Of a stretch of DNA of 64,000 bases, positions 40,191-50,145 are shown one piece after another. The notes under the pieces are model-generated. The model was not told where the DNA came from and did no database searches. It saw only the letters and a program-made list of their open reading frames with translations. The DNA is from Candidatus Undinarchaeota archaeon. Lineage in GTDB: Archaea; Undinarchaeota; CAZWFW01. Numbering within the stretch: the stretch's first letter is position 1; each line of letters begins with the position of its first letter. Where the stretch lies: NCBI GenBank assembly GCA_964633445.1, contig CAZWFW010000001.1, positions 6,339 to 70,338 of the forward strand, in the 5' to 3' direction. The position numbers were made by a program, and so were the translations under genes.

Positions 40191-40764
40191 TTATATGAGC
40201 AACTCTTATTGGCTCTGGTATAAGGCTTCTGGTTGCACTCAGCCTTGTTATGTTTATTGCATCCTCCAAATAAATTCCCTTTGTTTGGATATAAATATAT
40301 TTAGCAGGTCTTACGGCAACTTTATAAATTTCACCGGCCTTCTGAATCATACGCCACCTGATTTCTGCGTCCTTAAAATTATTGAACAAGGCCTTTCTAA
40401 TTTTTTTAAAGTTTGGTTTATCTCGCATAACGACTATAACGGGCAAATTCGTATTTTTATAAATTTCCTCGATATCCATAACATTAAAGCCAGCATATGT
40501 TATACCATCAAGCATAATAACTCTTAGCTGCTCCTTGTGATTGCTTTTGTTAATAACCTCGATAAGTTTTTGCGTAGCATCTAATCCATCAACAGTTATC
40601 TTTGTTGCTAACAACCCATCAAGCCACAAACCCCCTCTGAAAATGGTGCAAATAAGAAAAGTCTTCTCATGATTTTTATTAAAAGGCCCATCATCAACGC
40701 CCAAAATTCTAATTTCAGGCTTTGCCTCTATTCTTTTGTAGCTCATTATTAAATTCCTTTTCAA
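40150..40764 (-). CDS. DUF99/UPF0215 family protein (endonuclease V-like fold)
   Basis: 204 aa. ILGVDDGPF is the signature N-terminal motif of DUF99. Conserved neighbourhood next to rpoL. Confidence 0.55.
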   Translation of the reverse strand: MKRNLIMSYKRIEAKPEIRILGVDDGPFNKNHEKTFLICTIFRGGLWLDGLLATKITVDGLDATQKLIEVINKSNHKEQLRVIMLDGITYAGFNVMDIEEIYKNTNLPVIVVMRDKPNFKKIRKALFNNFKDAEIRWRMIQKAGEIYKVAVRPAKYIYIQTKGIYLEDAINITRLSATRSLIPEPIRVAHIIARGVGLENCIKN

Positions 40765-41005
40765 ATTCCTTAATTTGTTTTCTTAAAGACTTTATAGTCC
40801 TTAGTAAAGCTTCCTTAGCATCCTCCTTACATACCAAGTAAAGCCGAGGATTTGAGAGATACGGGTGATCAATAACATAACTTGCCACTTTAACGTCTTT
40901 ATCCCTATGCAAAGCCTCTCTAAGCAAATTTGCAAGTGTATGTGTCTCCCCCTCAAGTTCAATCTCCAACTTATTCTTTTTTATCTCCAAAACCTTAACT
41001 TTCAT
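40715..41005 (-). CDS. rpoL: DNA-directed RNA polymerase subunit L (Rpo11)
   Basis: 96 aa. FELEGETHTLANLLREAL is the typical Rpb11/RpoL dimerisation motif. Confidence 0.75.
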   Translation of the reverse strand: MKVKVLEIKKNKLEIELEGETHTLANLLREALHRDKDVKVASYVIDHPYLSNPRLYLVCKEDAKEALLRTIKSLRKQIKEFEKEFNNELQKNRGKA

Positions 41006-41023
41006 GATAATTGGAAATTCATA

Positions 41024-41776
41024 CTATGTAATATAAATTTTTATTCTCTCATATATACTTCTTAACTCCTCTATAGAAAGGGAATAAACTTTTCTATGTA
41101 GAATTTCATCATCAAAAGGTAAACGAACTCTATATGCAGCCTCAAAAGCATTTTTTAGTGTTTTTCTTCTGTAGCAGAAAACTTTGTCAACGAATCTGCC
41201 GAAATCATTGTCAAGAATTCTTTTAGATTTCGGTTCTATAAGAACTATAGCTGAAAATACTTTTGGAACGGGTCTAAAATTTCTTGGATGGATAAATCTC
41301 AATATTTTCCCTTCGGCAAGCATATTAAATTTGACTGAGAGTCTACCATAATTAGGCATACCTGGTTTAGCTATCATCTTCTCAGCAAATTCTTTTTGAA
41401 ACATTAAAACTCCTAGCTCAAAATCGTAGCTCAAAATTTTAAAAAGTAGTTTGGAGGATATTGAATAGGGAATGTTGGATACCACTTTATTAAATTTTGG
41501 GAAATTAACTTTAAGAGCATCTCCCAAAATTACCTCTAAATTCTTAGCATCTTTAAACCTATTTTTTAGATATTCTACCAATAACCTATCTTTTTCTATT
41601 ACAATAACTTTCCTAGCTTTCCTGATGAGATATTTTGTTAGTATTCCTCTCCCTGCCCCTATCTCAAAAACTGTGTCCTTCTTATTCACATTTGCATACT
41701 TAACTTGCTTTTTTGCAATATTTTCGTTAATCAAAAATACTTGTCCTAGCTTTTTAGCTCTATAATTCCTTGGCAT
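41024..41776 (-). CDS. ksgA: 16S rRNA (adenine1518/1519-N6)-dimethyltransferase KsgA/Dim1
   Basis: LGQVFL start motif and a SAM-binding VFEIGAGRGILT motif. Confidence 0.85.
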   Translation of the reverse strand: MPRNYRAKKLGQVFLINENIAKKQVKYANVNKKDTVFEIGAGRGILTKYLIRKARKVIVIEKDRLLVEYLKNRFKDAKNLEVILGDALKVNFPKFNKVVSNIPYSISSKLLFKILSYDFELGVLMFQKEFAEKMIAKPGMPNYGRLSVKFNMLAEGKILRFIHPRNFRPVPKVFSAIVLIEPKSKRILDNDFGRFVDKVFCYRRKTLKNAFEAAYRVRLPFDDEILHRKVYSLSIEELRSIYERIKIYIT

Positions 41777-42359
41777 CTAGCATGCCAGGTCTCTTCTTAA
41801 ATTTAGGCGTAAAAACGTAGTATCTTGTTTCACCCGTAAGCTCTTTAAGGATTCTTTCAATGATCATCTTCCTAGGATCAGGTACCAGCTTTAGTCTTCT
41901 CTTTATATCTTCGAAGCTTTCAAAAGGCTTTTTTTCTCTTTCCTCTATTATCTTCTTCATATGTTGCTTCCCTATACCAGGTAATAGTTCCAAAGCATGC
42001 AACCTTGGTGTTATTGGCCCTGCTTTATTGAAAAACTCTATAAACCTCTCCTCATTCTTCTTAACCAGCTCCTCAACAACATACTTTAACTCCCCCTCCG
42101 CAGCTGGTGTTAGCTCTTGTCTTGTTAATCTTCTCTTTATATGCTTAATTTTGTCTCTAATACCCTCCCCAATATATACTCTTTCGTGTAATTCTAAAGT
42201 TGTACCTTCTTTAGGGATTACCTCAAGTAAAACAAAATTTTGCTCCGTAATTACCTGAGCTATTGGTTTTTTTAGATGAGGTGGTCTAGTATCAGTAGGG
42301 TACCCTTCAGGTAAAAAATCTAAAACTATAGCATATTCGTCCTTTGGCATTATCCCCAC
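41760..42359 (-). CDS. DUF655-family conserved archaeal protein (predicted RNA-binding, HhH-containing)
   Basis: 199 aa. LELLPGIGKQHMKKIIEERE is an HhH. Conserved position between rpoF and ksgA. Confidence 0.6.
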   Translation of the reverse strand: MGIMPKDEYAIVLDFLPEGYPTDTRPPHLKKPIAQVITEQNFVLLEVIPKEGTTLELHERVYIGEGIRDKIKHIKRRLTRQELTPAAEGELKYVVEELVKKNEERFIEFFNKAGPITPRLHALELLPGIGKQHMKKIIEEREKKPFESFEDIKRRLKLVPDPRKMIIERILKELTGETRYYVFTPKFKKRPGMLDAKEL

Positions 42360-42368
42360 CTAAAATTT

Positions 42369-42701
42369 TTAACTCGATTTTAGAACGCTATTAACAGCCT
42401 CAAGTATCTTATTTATATCTTCTTGCTTTAACTTGTATCTCTCTCTAGCGAAAATTATTCTGACATCATCAGCATCTTTCGGTAAGATATCAACAATCTT
42501 TGCTGCAACCTTCTCATCATATCCCAGTTCTAAAATTTTCTTCTTTAATTGTTTTGCTTTTGATAATTCTAGTTTAGCATATTTTTCTGCGTAATCCAAT
42601 GCTAGTTTTTGATAATCATTCAGATTTTCTAAGGAATTAAGCATATCTGCAACCTCTGCTAAACTTAACACCTTTTCTTTAACAACTTTTTTCCCAATCA
42701 T
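42369..42701 (-). CDS. rpoF: DNA-directed RNA polymerase subunit F (Rpo4)
   Basis: 110 aa acidic helical protein in the conserved L21e-RpoF gene order. It overlaps rpl21e by 4 nt. Confidence 0.65.
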   Translation of the reverse strand: MIGKKVVKEKVLSLAEVADMLNSLENLNDYQKLALDYAEKYAKLELSKAKQLKKKILELGYDEKVAAKIVDILPKDADDVRIIFARERYKLKQEDINKILEAVNSVLKSS

Positions 42702-42994
42702 CTAACCTTCACAAGCTTTAAATGTTCTGGTAATGCGATAATCTTTTTTATCGTATTCCCATCCTTCACCTCAATAACATACGCTCTTCCTCTTTTCTCT
42801 ACAACTTTACCTGTTCTTCCATAAAACCTTGGATGTGGCATTCCCTTGTGTATGCTAGGGTCAATTTTTATGGCTACATAATCTCCAACATTAAATTCTT
42901 GAAGGGCTTTTGTAACATAGATTTTCCCCTTCTCTCTAACCCCCTTGCGAAGCTTTTTTCGCGTTTTTCTTCTAAAACCTTTTGATCTTCTCAT
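42698..42994 (-). CDS. rpl21e: 50S ribosomal protein L21e
   Basis: 98 aa. MRRSKGFRRKTRKKL...GDYVAIKIDPSIHKGMPHPRFYGRTGKV is diagnostic for L21e. Confidence 0.85.
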   Translation of the reverse strand: MRRSKGFRRKTRKKLRKGVREKGKIYVTKALQEFNVGDYVAIKIDPSIHKGMPHPRFYGRTGKVVEKRGRAYVIEVKDGNTIKKIIALPEHLKLVKVR

Positions 42995-43062
42995 TTTTTA
43001 AAATAATAGAAAAACTTATAAATATACATTACTTTCAGATAGTTTTTGAAACTTCTTAAAAA

Positions 43063-43452
43063 TCAGCCACTTCCCTCCTCTGGTAGTTCCTCAGCTGCCA
43101 AAACTTTTCTAATAACTTCTATAACTGCAGATGGTTCAAAGGGTTTAACAACGTAATCCTCCGCTCCTAAATCTAAAGCCTTCTTTATAATTGCATCCTG
43201 ACCAACTGCAGAAACCATAATAACTTTTATTTCTGGAAACTCTCCCTTTATTTCTTTAAGTGTTTCAATACCATCTTTTCCCTCCATTATAATATCAAGC
43301 ATAACTAGTTCTGGTTTTTCAATCTTGACTTTTGCAATAGCCTCATCACCAGATCCTGCTTCAATAATATCAGAGTAACCCTCCTTCTCAAGTATTCCTC
43401 TAAGGACTCTTCTCATAAACTTGGAGTCATCAACTATTAGTACTTTGACCAT
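43063..43452 (-). CDS. cheY: chemotaxis response regulator CheY
   Basis: Stand-alone receiver domain: VLIVDDS, phospho-acceptor context LVMLDIIMEG, and the conserved Lys in VVKPF. Confidence 0.85.
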   Translation of the reverse strand: MVKVLIVDDSKFMRRVLRGILEKEGYSDIIEAGSGDEAIAKVKIEKPELVMLDIIMEGKDGIETLKEIKGEFPEIKVIMVSAVGQDAIIKKALDLGAEDYVVKPFEPSAVIEVIRKVLAAEELPEEGSG

Positions 43453-43608
43453 TTTCCTAAGAGTTTTATTGTAAATAAATTATACTTAAATTGTTCTACA
43501 CCTTCGTATGAATCTTTTTTCTTCACATAGGCTGCAACATCTATTACAATGTATGCTTTAATCTACTATATATATGCTTTTCGGTTACTCTCTCTTGTGT
43601 GTGAAGTA

Positions 43609-44079
43609 TTATTGAGGTGTTGTTAAACTACTTAGTTTTTCGAGCTCCTTAGGCGAAAGAATTTTTTTTACATCAATTATAAGAATTATTTTCTTATCTA
43701 TGGTTATGACTCCTGTCAAATACTTCGCTGAAATTAAAGATGTTAAAACTTGAGGAACTGGTTTTATTTCCTTTTTCGGAACTCTGATTATCTCGGAAAC
43801 ACCGTCTACAATTATTCCAACAAAAGATTCTTTCTCTACCTCAACAATTATAATATTACTACCCTTTTTCTTACTTTCAACGTTAAATCTCTTCTTTAAA
43901 TCTATAACAGGAATTATGTCACCACGCAAATTAATTAACCCTTCAACAAATTCTGGAACATTTGGCACCTTTGTTACCTCTTCTCTCACAATTATTTCCT
44001 TAGCTTGAAGTATATCCATAGCGTATTCTTCATCCTCCAATTTAAAGACTATAAGTTGCGCTTCCTCGCTTCCAACCAT
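43609..44079 (-). CDS. cheW: chemotaxis coupling protein CheW
   Basis: 156 aa. QLIVFKLEDEEYAMDILQAKEII and LINLRGDIIPVIDLKKRF are CheW motifs. Confidence 0.8.
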   Translation of the reverse strand: MVGSEEAQLIVFKLEDEEYAMDILQAKEIIVREEVTKVPNVPEFVEGLINLRGDIIPVIDLKKRFNVESKKKGSNIIIVEVEKESFVGIIVDGVSEIIRVPKKEIKPVPQVLTSLISAKYLTGVITIDKKIILIIDVKKILSPKELEKLSSLTTPQ

Positions 44080-44085
44080 TTTTAT

Positions 44086-45207
44086 TTATTTTTTAAATTT
44101 TCTAATCTCCTCTAATTTTTTGCTGAATTCCTTTAGAGAATTAGCAAATCCCTCAACACTTGCTGTAACTTCCTCAGCCCCAGCTGCGTTCTCTTCAGCT
44201 GCTGCAGCAATTTCTGTTATTGTTGTCGAAACTTGTTGTATATTTTTAGCTTGTTGTTGTTGGGATGCAGAAACTTGCTGCATTTGTGCAGCAATTCTCT
44301 GAATGGCTTCAGCAATAGTTCTAAATGCTAGTAAAGCATTAGCAGATGTTTTGACAGCCTTTGTAACACTACTTTTGGCTATTCCTGCAGATTCTACAGA
44401 TTTAGCGCTATAAGTTTGTATTTCTCCAAGTAAATCGGAAATTTTTGTTGCAGCAACTCTTGAATTTTCAGCCAACTTTCTAATCTCATCAGCAACTACT
44501 GCGAATCCTCTACCAGCTTCACCAGCTCTTGCAGCTTCTATAGCAGCATTTAATGCTAGTAAGTTAGTTTGTAATGATATATCTTTTATAGTTTCGACAA
44601 TTTTTCCAATTTCCTGACTTTTACCACCCAAATTTTTAATTATATCAGAAAGCTCCACAACAATTTTCTCGCTATTTTTAAGCTCCTCTATAGCTTTTTC
44701 AGCGCCTTCCTTACCCCTAGTAGCACTTTTACTTATATCAACTGCAAGTTTTTCTGCTTTCTGAATACTTGAGCTAATTTGTTGTGAAGCTGCTGAAAGC
44801 TCTATAATTGCTTTTCTAATGTCCTCAATTTGAATAGATTGATTTTGAGCATTTTTTGCCATTTGCTGAGTAACAGCATTAATTTCCTTGGAAACATCGA
44901 CAATATTTGAAAAAGACTTCATCATCTTTTCTATTTCGCTGGAAATACCTTCTTTTACTTTCACTTCAATAGAGTCTAAAACATCGTTTAAAGCTTGTGC
45001 AAAAACTTTGAAATTAGGATCGGGAATCTCATCTGGGTTTACTCTTGCCTTTATATTTCCCTCCTTGTATATTCTAAGCAAAACTTCACATATCTTACCA
45101 ATACTTTCACTAATTTCAGAGGCTACTCTTCCCACTTCCTCAGGTTTGTTAACATGTTCAAAAACTTTAGCTTTTAACTCGTTTATGTCCAAAAATTTCT
45201 CAGTCAT
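44086..45207 (-). CDS. methyl-accepting chemotaxis protein, soluble (no TM helices)
   Basis: Highly conserved signalling hairpin [34 protein letters not shown]. Methylation-helix heptads. No hydrophobic segment. Confidence 0.85.
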   Translation of the reverse strand: MTEKFLDINELKAKVFEHVNKPEEVGRVASEISESIGKICEVLLRIYKEGNIKARVNPDEIPDPNFKVFAQALNDVLDSIEVKVKEGISSEIEKMMKSFSNIVDVSKEINAVTQQMAKNAQNQSIQIEDIRKAIIELSAASQQISSSIQKAEKLAVDISKSATRGKEGAEKAIEELKNSEKIVVELSDIIKNLGGKSQEIGKIVETIKDISLQTNLLALNAAIEAARAGEAGRGFAVVADEIRKLAENSRVAATKISDLLGEIQTYSAKSVESAGIAKSSVTKAVKTSANALLAFRTIAEAIQRIAAQMQQVSASQQQQAKNIQQVSTTITEIAAAAEENAAGAEEVTASVEGFANSLKEFSKKLEEIRKFKK

Positions 45208-45299
45208 TCTATTTTTTTGTTTCTTTTACATAATTTTTATCAAAGCTCAAAGGAATTACCATCTATAAGTAATTGTTATCATCTAAAAGTTAAAAATCT

Positions 45300-45480
45300 T
45301 ATTATCTTCATGTTACTTGCAAGATCCCAGTAGCCCACTCTTAACGAGAGTGGTATGCGGGGACTGTGAGCTGGAGGGTGTATGAGCTTAGAGCGTAAAG
45401 CTCTGGGTGAATGTCTAAACTTGCAAGCCATGAAAAGATTAAGGATTGGATTGAAAGTGTGTACGGAAAACAATCAACTC
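45300..45480. ncRNA. GC-rich intergenic island 2: candidate structured RNA (family not identified)
   Basis: About 180 nt GC-rich stretch between two minus-strand genes. Its 5' end CTTCATGTTACTTGCAAGATCCCAGTAG aligns (about 25/30) with the 5' end of island 1, CTTCATGTTGTTTGCAAGACCCAATGCG. Both are preceded by AAAAAT-TTAT-like TATA elements. Hairpin CCACUC-UUAACGA-GAGUGG. Confidence 0.3.
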
Positions 45481-45753
45481 CTCTTCTAATGAAGGATCTG
45501 AAGAAAAAATATGAAAAAATATATGAATAGGAAAGTTTTGGTGGGAAAGATACTTTTTCTAACCTTTAGGAATCTTTGGGAAATGTTAAGGCAAGTTTGA
45601 AAACAGATCAATTAGTTTTATGAATCTGCAAATCGAATGGATCTGGTGGTTTGGTTATGTGTGTTTATAATCAAAAATTATTGAAACGCAACGTATTCAA
45701 TTAGGAAAAATTACTTAATTATAAAAATAAAAATTAGAGAGCTAGAAGTAAAG

Positions 45754-46491
45754 TTATTGTCCGATACTCTTAAAAATTCTTAAAAACTCCATTGGAATCA
45801 CTATGGTGACATTCTTCTCCGCTGCAACCTCCGAAATTGTTTGTAAGTATCTTAAACTTGCAGCATCTACGCCAAGAATTTCAGCTGCTTGTTTTAATCT
45901 TTGCGCAGCTTGAACTTCAGCCTCAGCGGTTATTATTCTTGCCCTTCTATCTCTTTCAGCTTCTGCAGCTCTAGCCATTGCTCTATGCATCTCCTCAGGA
46001 ATCTGTACATCTTTTATCTCAACCGCTGAAACTTTTACACCCCAAGGATCTGTTGCCAAATCGATTTGCTCCTGCAATACCTGATTTATTTTCTCTCTTT
46101 CAGCAAGTACCTCATCAAGCTCTGCTTTACCAACAACCGCTCTTAACGTAGTTTGAGCAATCTGGCTTGTTGCATACATGTAATCTTCAACCTTACAAAC
46201 TGCTTTTTCTGCATCGAAGACTCTTGCGTATACTACTGCATTGACCTTTACTGGTACATTATCCTTCGTAATGATTTCCTGGGGAGGCACATCAATTACA
46301 AATGTCCTCAGACTTATGATGTTTATCTTATCTATTACTGGTATAACGAATATTAATCCTGGTCCCTTAACACCGTGCAACCTTCCTAGTCTAAAAACAA
46401 CTGCTCTTTCATACTCTTTTAGTATCCTAATGGCTCTGCTCACTATAAAAAGCAAGATTATTAATACTGCAATTAATGTTCCCCATCCCAT
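45754..46491 (-). CDS. SPFH/band-7 protein (stomatin/prohibitin homolog)
   Basis: N-terminal TM, then an SPFH core ([31 protein letters not shown]) and a C-terminal coiled coil. Confidence 0.8.
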   Translation of the reverse strand: MGWGTLIAVLIILLFIVSRAIRILKEYERAVVFRLGRLHGVKGPGLIFVIPVIDKINIISLRTFVIDVPPQEIITKDNVPVKVNAVVYARVFDAEKAVCKVEDYMYATSQIAQTTLRAVVGKAELDEVLAEREKINQVLQEQIDLATDPWGVKVSAVEIKDVQIPEEMHRAMARAAEAERDRRARIITAEAEVQAAQRLKQAAEILGVDAASLRYLQTISEVAAEKNVTIVIPMEFLRIFKSIGQ

Positions 46492-47751
46492 TCACATCTC
46501 CTCCACTATTAATATTAGCCCATCCTCCTTTATATCAACTATTCTAACCTTTCTCCCTTCCTCAGCCTTACCATCTTTATTTCTAAGCACAGCATTCCAA
46601 ATCTCACCTTCAACCAGAACTTTACCCTCTGGTTGTAATGTCTTAATTACTTTAGCTTCCTTACCAATCAATTCCTCCTTACCAACCTTAGGCTTACCTA
46701 TCTGGGCCCTTATACCTTTATAGATTGCAAAGATGAAAAAAGCTGCAAATGTACCAACAGTTGCAAGTATTACCTCTATGGGCAAACTCGGCATCAGAGG
46801 TTCTTTTAGAAGCATTAGAGAGCCTAGTATTATTGCTACTGAAGCACCTAATGTTAATAAGCCATGAGAAGGTACAAAGAGTTCTGCAGCGAGCATAGCT
46901 GTGCCAATCATTATAAGTAAAATCGCTGCTGCGCTAACTTCAAGAGTCCCAAAGGCGTATAAAGCCAAAATTAATAGCGTTATGCCCAGAACACCACCAA
47001 TTGTTATTCCTGGAATTAATAATTCAAAAATTAGGCCGTATAAACCAAGGATAAAAAGTAGATAGGCAACAGTTGGATCCGTAATTAACCTTAGGAAGTA
47101 TTCTCTTGACGTTTCTTTTATCTCGATTCTTCCTCTGGTATTTAAAGTAAAAGGCTTTCCTTTAACGGTAATGTTTTTTCCATCCAAATAATCAAGCAGG
47201 CTATCCTCGTTTTCAAAAATGCCATTTATAATGTGAGCTTTATATGCTTCATTAGCATCATATGCTTTGCTTTCATTTATCATAACCTCTATTGCGGTAG
47301 CATTTCTATTTCTTTCCTCTGCAAATGCTTTTAACCTTGCCATATATGCCCTAGTTATTTTCTCAAGCAAAACCTCATCTTCAGCACCAACGGGATGCGC
47401 TGCACCAATTGCCGAGTTATTAGCCATTGCCGCATAATGACTTGCAATAACAATAAATGCGCCTGCTGAAAATGCTTTCTTACCCGCAGGAACATATGTG
47501 ATTATAGGAATTCTCGATTCCTCAATTTTCTCGAGAATTCTGTCAGTGGCGTCTGCTGTTCCTCCTGGGGTATTAATAATTATCAATAAAGCAGCATCCT
47601 CAGAATTTGCTAAGTTTATACATCTTTCCAAATATTCAGCCACACCATGATCTATTACGCTATCAACCTCAGCAATGTAAACTTTAGCACAGGAAGTTTT
47701 GGAAATTAAAACTAGCATTAAGGTAAAAATGAGTACTTGCTTGATCGTCAT
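46492..47751 (-). CDS. NfeD-like membrane-bound ClpP-class serine protease (stomatin operon partner)
   Basis: N-terminal ClpP/crotonase-like domain (GGTADATDRI..AFSAGAFI), central TM helices, and a C-terminal OB/NfeD beta-barrel. It sits immediately upstream of stomatin, the classical pair. Confidence 0.75.
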   Translation of the reverse strand: MTIKQVLIFTLMLVLISKTSCAKVYIAEVDSVIDHGVAEYLERCINLANSEDAALLIIINTPGGTADATDRILEKIEESRIPIITYVPAGKKAFSAGAFIVIASHYAAMANNSAIGAAHPVGAEDEVLLEKITRAYMARLKAFAEERNRNATAIEVMINESKAYDANEAYKAHIINGIFENEDSLLDYLDGKNITVKGKPFTLNTRGRIEIKETSREYFLRLITDPTVAYLLFILGLYGLIFELLIPGITIGGVLGITLLILALYAFGTLEVSAAAILLIMIGTAMLAAELFVPSHGLLTLGASVAIILGSLMLLKEPLMPSLPIEVILATVGTFAAFFIFAIYKGIRAQIGKPKVGKEELIGKEAKVIKTLQPEGKVLVEGEIWNAVLRNKDGKAEEGRKVRIVDIKEDGLILIVEEM

Positions 47752-47797
47752 AAGATTATTTAAGTGAATGGATAATATAATTTTATACTCATAGATT

Positions 47798-47870
47798 GGG
47801 CCCGTGGTCTAGTGGTTAGGACGTCCCGCTGACGCCGGGAAGGTCGCAGGTTCGAATCCTGCCGGGCCCA
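47798..47870 (+). tRNA. tRNA-Val (anticodon GAC)
   Basis: Hand-folded. Acceptor GGGCCCG/CGGGCCC. D stem GUCU/GGAC. Anticodon stem UCCCG/CGGGA with loop CUGACGC. T stem GCAGG/CCUGC with loop UUCGAAU. Discriminator A. Confidence 0.85.
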
Positions 47871-48090
47871 TTAAAGCCAAAAAAATCTTGAATCCTAGCT
47901 TTCTTATTTTTCTAGTTTTCCCAAGATATGCTTTCGAATTCCTTGAATCTTCTCTATCTCCTTGAGTTTAGCTATCTTCTCAAAATTTTCGAAAAATCCT
48001 ATCCTCAAACCGCTAGCTTTGATAGTATCTTTCAATTCTCATTCTTATTTTTAATAAGTTTTAATTTTTATTCTGAAGATTATAATTTTT

Positions 48091-48912
48091 ATGAAGCTGC
48101 AAGAAAGAATACTTGAGCAAATAAGACTCTATGGTCCGAGTACACCTGTAGATGTTGCTCAGAGAACAAAGGAAAACTCAATAATCATTACTGCAATATT
48201 AGAAGATTTGGTGAAGCAAGGTATGCTCTTAAAAGCCAAAAAGAAGTTTGGCTCGCTTGAGATATACTATCTACCTCATCAAAAAAGTACTTTGAGGAGG
48301 GTTTTAATGGAAAGGATATACAATGAGATTGAAAAATATCTTTTGCGGAAGATAGAGGCTAGGGGTTACATTCATGAAAGCGAATTAAGTGATGAGGAAA
48401 AGAAGGCGATTTATGGGCTTGCGGATTTTGTTGAAAAGGAAAACAAATTTTGGAAGTTGAAAGGATTTGTAATACCTAAGGAAGAGATACCTGAAATCAA
48501 AACTGAGGAAGAAGTAAAAGAAAAAGTTGAGCAAGTACAAATACAACCAATTAAGAAAGAAAAGGATAAACTTCCTAAAGATGTTAAGCAAATAAAGGCA
48601 AAGGTATTGGATTGGCTTAAGGATAAAGGTGTAGAGATATTAAAGGAGGAGGAAGTGAGAAAAAATGTCTACAAGCTAGTTGCAAAGGCTCCTACAGCTT
48701 TTGGTAAACAAAAATACTATGTGTTCATCAAGATAAAGAAGAAAGTTGCGTATCAAGACATGGCTGATATTTTGAATATTTGCATAACAGAGAAAGTGCC
48801 AATTGTTATTATAACAACTGGCGAATTTTCAAAATCAGCGAAGGAGTTCCATAAGAAGAATTTGGGTGAGATGGTTAAACTTGTAGAACTTAAGGAAATT
48901 GACATGTCCTAA
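48091..48912 (+). CDS. hypothetical protein with N-terminal winged-helix domain
   Basis: 273 aa. N-terminal ILEQIRLYGPSTPVDVAQRT...LEDLVKQGML resembles a wHTH. A lysine-rich middle is followed by a C-terminal alpha/beta domain with no recognised motif. Confidence 0.45.
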   Translation: MKLQERILEQIRLYGPSTPVDVAQRTKENSIIITAILEDLVKQGMLLKAKKKFGSLEIYYLPHQKSTLRRVLMERIYNEIEKYLLRKIEARGYIHESELSDEEKKAIYGLADFVEKENKFWKLKGFVIPKEEIPEIKTEEEVKEKVEQVQIQPIKKEKDKLPKDVKQIKAKVLDWLKDKGVEILKEEEVRKNVYKLVAKAPTAFGKQKYYVFIKIKKKVAYQDMADILNICITEKVPIVIITTGEFSKSAKEFHKKNLGEMVKLVELKEIDMS

Positions 48913-48924
48913 GGTTTTTAAGAT

Positions 48925-50145
48925 TCAGGTGAGAACGCCGTAACCGATTAATCTCCACCTACCTTTAACTTGCCTACTTATTGTTACCCTATCCCCCTCC
49001 TCAGCACAAATTGGTAGTCTAAATACCACCTCGACATATTCCTTTTTAACATTTTTAACTATACTCAGCGTTGTTCTCGTGCCGCAAGTTATCATTAATG
49101 GTTCGTTAACTTTCAAAGGTTCAACCTTAATCTCTTTATCCAACCCAACTACCCTCTCTAACAAATTATATTCGATTGTTGCTTGCATTAACACATCTGG
49201 CAGCTTGTCTGGTAAGCCAACAACATTACCAACTAAGGCATCGGCTTTGGTTAAGTTAGGGTCAAGATACGTGCCGATAGCTATTGAACCTCCAGCATGT
49301 ACCTCTTCGAGCTTTACATCACCAGCATATAAACTTGCTGTCTCTGTAAATAAACTTTGCCATCCCTTTCTCTCATCATATATTCCAGGCCTAATTTCTA
49401 TTTCCTGCCCAACCTTTAATTTTCCTTTAATTAAACTACCTCCGAGTACACCTCCTACAAGCTCCTCTGGAGGCATACCTGGCTTATTAACATCAAAACT
49501 TCTAGCAACATAAAATTTTGGGTTTGCATCCAGATCACGTTTTGGTGTTGGTATGAATTCCTCAATTGCTTGAATTAATGCATCTATGTTAACCTTATGC
49601 TGTGCCGAAACCGGTATTATGGGAGCATCTTCAATTTGCGTGTTTTCTAAAAATTTTTTTATTTCTTCATAATTCCTCAACGCTTTTTCCTTGTTAACAA
49701 GATCTATCTTATTCTGGACAACAACAACATTCTTGATTCCAGTTATCTTCAGAGCAATTAAATGTTCCTTTGTTTGAGGTTGAGGACAATGTTCGTTAGC
49801 TGCAATTATTAGCAAAGCGCCATCCATTATTGCAGCACCACTCAGCATTGTAGCCATTAGCGTTTCATGACCAGGCGCATCAACAAACGATACTCTTCTT
49901 AAAAACTCCGTTTTGCTTCCACAGTGTTCACATGTTTCCTTGGTAGTGTAAGCTTCGGGCTCCCCACATCTTGGACATTTATAAAAATTCGTATCTGCAT
50001 AACCTAATTTTATTGTTATTCCACGCCTTAGCTCCTCAGAATGTGTATCCGTCCACTTTCCTGTTAATGCTTCGGTAAGTGTTGTTTTACCATGATCTAT
50101 GTGACCTACTAACCCAATATTTACCTCTGGCTGCTTCTTAATCAT
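48925..50145 (-). CDS. eif2g: translation initiation factor aIF2 gamma subunit
   Basis: G1 GHIDHGKTTL and NKID (G4). The characteristic zinc ribbon CPRCGEP..CEHCGSK in the G domain. 406 aa. Confidence 0.9.
   Translation of the reverse strand: MIKKQPEVNIGLVGHIDHGKTTLTEALTGKWTDTHSEELRRGITIKLGYADTNFYKCPRCGEPEAYTTKETCEHCGSKTEFLRRVSFVDAPGHETLMATMLSGAAIMDGALLIIAANEHCPQPQTKEHLIALKITGIKNVVVVQNKIDLVNKEKALRNYEEIKKFLENTQIEDAPIIPVSAQHKVNIDALIQAIEEFIPTPKRDLDANPKFYVARSFDVNKPGMPPEELVGGVLGGSLIKGKLKVGQEIEIRPGIYDERKGWQSLFTETASLYAGDVKLEEVHAGGSIAIGTYLDPNLTKADALVGNVVGLPDKLPDVLMQATIEYNLLERVVGLDKEIKVEPLKVNEPLMITCGTRTTLSIVKNVKKEYVEVVFRLPICAEEGDRVTISRQVKGRWRLIGYGVLT

Noticed and set aside
47771-47790. TATA-like ATAATATAA / TTTTATAC boxes upstream of tRNA-Val as annotated promoters
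   Set aside because: They are plausible, but AT-rich background makes such matches frequent and the spacing to +1 is ambiguous (13 or 22 nt). I did not list them as features.
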